From Longimicrobiales bacterium (GTDB lineage: Bacteria; Gemmatimonadota; Gemmatimonadetes; Longimicrobiales; Gaopeijiaceae), in NCBI GenBank assembly GCA_965198065.1, contig CBDAON010000004.1, positions 1,408,001 through 1,472,000 on the forward strand: a stretch of DNA of 64,000 nucleotides. The letters run 5' to 3'. Shown here piece after piece: positions 61,225 to 64,000 of this stretch. The notes under the pieces were generated by a model, which was not told where the DNA came from, did not search any database, and saw nothing but the letters and a program-made list of their open reading frames with translations. The translations under genes and the position numbers were made by a program. How positions within the stretch are numbered: the first letter of the stretch is position 1; every line of letters begins with the position of its first letter.

Positions 61225-64000
61225 ATGGTGCGTAGCATCGGCAGCAACGAGAGACGAGAGCTCTTGGACGTCGTCCGTAACGTCCGCTGGCGGTGGCGGA
61301 TGCGTCAGGTGCTCCGGGGTGGTCTTCTGACGGTGGGCTCGGCGCTCCTGGCCGTCGCGGTCGTCGTGTTCGCCCTGAACCGGTGGACTGGCTCGCCCGG
61401 GGCCGCCACGGGCTTCACGATCCTGCTCTATCTCGGGGTGGCGTTCGTCGCGATCCGGTTCCTCGTGCGGCCGCTCTTCCAGCGCGTGACCGACCAGCAG
61501 GTCGCCCACTACCTGGAAGAGCACGAGCCCGAGCTCCGTATGGAGATCGTCACCGCCGTCGGGGCGATCGAGTCGGAGCGGCAGGGGACGCTCGACACCC
61601 GCGAGGCGAACGGGATCCTGCAGGGGCTGGTCCGGTCCGCGGTGCGCCGAGCGCGTAGCGTGGAAGGCGGCCTCCGGGTGGATCGGAGGCCGCTTCGGCG
61701 GCTGTCGTGGTCGTCTGTGGCCCTCGCGTTCGTCCTAGCTTTCTTCTTCCTGGCCGACCCATTCGGCCTCCGGACCGCCTTGCCGGGAGCGCTCCGTCCG
61801 TGGACCCAGGTCCAGGCGGCCCCCCCCTTAGCGGTCCAGGTCCTCCCGGGAGACACCGTGGTGCCGCGGGGCTCCGAGATATGGGTCACAGCGCGGCTCT
61901 TCGGGTTCGATGTGGAGCCCGTCGAGATCGCGTTCAAGGGAGAGGTCGAGACCCAGTGGACCCGTTCGATGATGGCGCGAGTGGACGAGGATCCCGCCGA
62001 CGCGCCCGACGCGGAGGGGGGCGCGCCCGCCCGCCCGCCCACTTTCGATTACCTGGTGTTCCGCGTCGACGAGCCGATCGAGTACTTCGCCGAGTCTGAC
62101 GGAATCCGTTCGGGAACGTACCGCGTGGACGTGGTGGACCTTCCGTACGTGTCGCAGCTCGAGCTTGAGATCCACTATCCGGCGTACACCGGCAGAGACC
62201 CCGAGCTCGTGGAGAACGGCGGGGACCTCGTCGTCCTTCCGGGAACCACCGTCCGGGTCCGAGCCCATCCCACGATCCCCGTGCCCGCCGGACAGATTGT
62301 CTTGGAGGGGTTGGGAAACGTGGCACTCGCGCTTCGGGAGGACGGGGTGCTCACGGGAGAGTTCCGCGTGACGCAGCCCGGTTTCTACCGGATCGAGCTC
62401 GAGGACGACGAGGGGGTCACGCACCAGGGGAGCCCAGACCACTTGATCGACGTGATCGACGACCTCCCGCCCATCGTGGCGATCCGGGAGCCCGGGCGGG
62501 ACACGAGGGCCACGATGGTCGAAGAGGTCTACATCGAGACGCGGGCAAGCGACGACTTCGGTCTTGCCCGGCTCGAGATCGTCTACGCGGTGAACGGGGG
62601 CGAGGAGCAGACGATCGCCCTGCTGGACGGGACCGGGGAGCTTCTCCGGGACGCCTCCGCCGGGCACACGCTCTTCCTAGACGAGTTCGGCCTCGAGCCC
62701 GGAGACCTCATCGCGTACTACGCCAGGGGGCTCGACAACGGCCCGAACGCGGAGGAGCGGGAGACACTCACGGACATATACTTCGTCACGATCCGACCCT
62801 TCCAGCAGGACTTCCGCCAGGCGGACCAAGGCGGCGGTGGTGGCGGAATGGGAGCCGCCGGAGCGGAGGGACAGTTCTCCCAGCGCCAGCGGGACATCGT
62901 GGCCGCCACCTTCAACGTGGGCCGCGATTGGCGAGCGGTCAGCCCCGAACTCCAAGCGGAGGACGTCGCGACGATCGCGCAGGCGCAGGTCGCGCTCAGG
63001 GAAGAGGTCGAGGGGTTCCTCGCCGAGCTCCGGCCCCGGCTGGCGAGGGCGCCGGAAGACATGCGCCAGGTCGCCGAGGAGCTCCCTCAGGCCGTCGCCG
63101 CGATGGACGCGGCCGCAGCGGAGCTCCGGGAGCAGAGGACCGTCGAAGCGCTCCCACCCGAGCAGACGGCCCTCCAGCACCTGCTGCGCGCGGAGGCCGT
63201 GTTCCGTGAGATCCAGCTGCAACAGCAGCAGCAGGGCGGCGGCGGCGGCGGCGCGAGCGGGCAGGAGATGCGGGACGATCTGGCCGACTTCTTCGACCTG
63301 GAGATGGACCGGATGCGCAATCAGTACGAGGAGCTCCAGCGCGGCCAGCAGGAACAACAGCAGCAGCAGATGGAGGCCGCGCTGGACCGGCTCCGCGAGC
63401 TGGCCCGACGCCAGCAGCAGGAGGCCGAGCGACTCCAGAGAGCTGCCCAGGAGCAGATGCAGGGATCGTCCGCCGGCGGGCAGAGCCAGCAGCGCCTCGC
63501 CCAGCAGACGGAAGAGCTGGCCCGGGAGCTCGAGCGGCTCGCGCGAGAGACCTCCTCGCCGGAGCTGCAGGCGGCAGCCCAGCGCCTGAGGGAGGCGCAG
63601 CAGGCGATGCAGCAGTCCGCAGCGGCTCGGGACCAGAGGGGGCTGGGCCAGGCCATGGCCGCGCAGGAGGCCCTCGACGAAGCCCGCCGGCTCCTCGAGC
63701 GGGACCAGGACAGGCAGATCGCAGACGACGTCCAGAACACGATCGCAGACGCGGAGCGGGCGCTCGAACGGCAGCGCGGCATCCAGCAGGCCACCGAACG
63801 CGCCCTCGACCAGCTGTTGACCGAGCCGAGCGCCGCCCGGGACGCGCTGGGGGAGCTGAACCCGGACCGCGAGCAGCTCGTTCGCGAGCTGGAGGGACTG
63901 ACCGAGGACCTGAGGGCGCTCTCGAGGCAGGCCGCGGAGACGGATCCCCAGGCCGAGCGGGGGTTCCGCGAGGCGGCGGCGACGATCTCTGAAGGGCAGC
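61225..64000 (+). CDS. DUF4175-like membrane/Ig-fold/coiled-coil protein, partial (not in ORF track)
   Basis: Frame appears open from ATG 61225 (GGAG upstream) to the window end: three TM helices, YP.YTG, ASDDFGL, long Gln-rich coiled coil. Confidence 0.88.
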   Translation, partial: MVRSIGSNERRELLDVVRNVRWRWRMRQVLRGGLLTVGSALLAVAVVVFALNRWTGSPGAATGFTILLYLGVAFVAIRFLVRPLFQRVTDQQVAHYLEEHEPELRMEIVTAVGAIESERQGTLDTREANGILQGLVRSAVRRARSVEGGLRVDRRPLRRLSWSSVALAFVLAFFFLADPFGLRTALPGALRPWTQVQAAPPLAVQVLPGDTVVPRGSEIWVTARLFGFDVEPVEIAFKGEVETQWTRSMMARVDEDPADAPDAEGGAPARPPTFDYLVFRVDEPIEYFAESDGIRSGTYRVDVVDLPYVSQLELEIHYPAYTGRDPELVENGGDLVVLPGTTVRVRAHPTIPVPAGQIVLEGLGNVALALREDGVLTGEFRVTQPGFYRIELEDDEGVTHQGSPDHLIDVIDDLPPIVAIREPGRDTRATMVEEVYIETRASDDFGLARLEIVYAVNGGEEQTIALLDGTGELLRDASAGHTLFLDEFGLEPGDLIAYYARGLDNGPNAEERETLTDIYFVTIRPFQQDFRQADQGGGGGGMGAAGAEGQFSQRQRDIVAATFNVGRDWRAVSPELQAEDVATIAQAQVALREEVEGFLAELRPRLARAPEDMRQVAEELPQAVAAMDAAAAELREQRTVEALPPEQTALQHLLRAEAVFREIQLQQQQQGGGGGGASGQEMRDDLADFFDLEMDRMRNQYEELQRGQQEQQQQQMEAALDRLRELARRQQQEAERLQRAAQEQMQGSSAGGQSQQRLAQQTEELARELERLARETSSPELQAAAQRLREAQQAMQQSAAARDQRGLGQAMAAQEALDEARRLLERDQDRQIADDVQNTIADAERALERQRGIQQATERALDQLLTEPSAARDALGELNPDREQLVRELEGLTEDLRALSRQAAETDPQAERGFREAAATISEGQ

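Noticed and set aside
63210..63430. CAG and GGC triplet runs
   Set aside because: Encode Gln/Gly linkers of the DUF4175-like protein
1..64000. CRISPR arrays, tRNA/rRNA genes, prophage or defence genes
   Set aside because: No repeat-spacer periodicity, cloverleaf or hallmark proteins noticed

Overview
High-GC (roughly 70% by eye) bacterial chromosomal window; gene content and style suggest Gemmatimonadota (inference only). 1-4470 is a disrupted mobile-element zone. It holds a structured non-coding stretch ending in a TGT..ACA-type element end, two near-identical 1287-bp IS3-family copies in direct orientation bracketing a broken tonB, and a truncated LamG lipoprotein gene. The rest is mostly core and accessory metabolism: sucA, arsC, an M50 peptidase, blaI plus a BlaR1-TonB fusion, greA, fur, purE, an acyl-CoA oxidase, tyrS, a menF-D-B-A-E operon lacking menH/menC, two Kef-type antiporters, a frameshifted ZntA-type ATPase, a cupin-dipeptidase-ggt operon, an SLC13 permease, a zinc metalloprotease and a korCAB-like 2-oxoacid oxidoreductase. 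A long vWA/caspase-fold/TPR-peptidase/MoxR/DUF58/BatA/DUF4175 operon runs off the right end. The most striking unexplained element is an apparently stand-alone ~290-nt structured RNA at 11256-11548. It has its own promoter, a 5' cUUCGg hairpin, two multibranch domains, a predicted kissing loop and a terminator. Its central linker carries 14 nt perfectly complementary to the conserved 16S rRNA 3' end. All calls come from reading motifs by eye; no searches were run.
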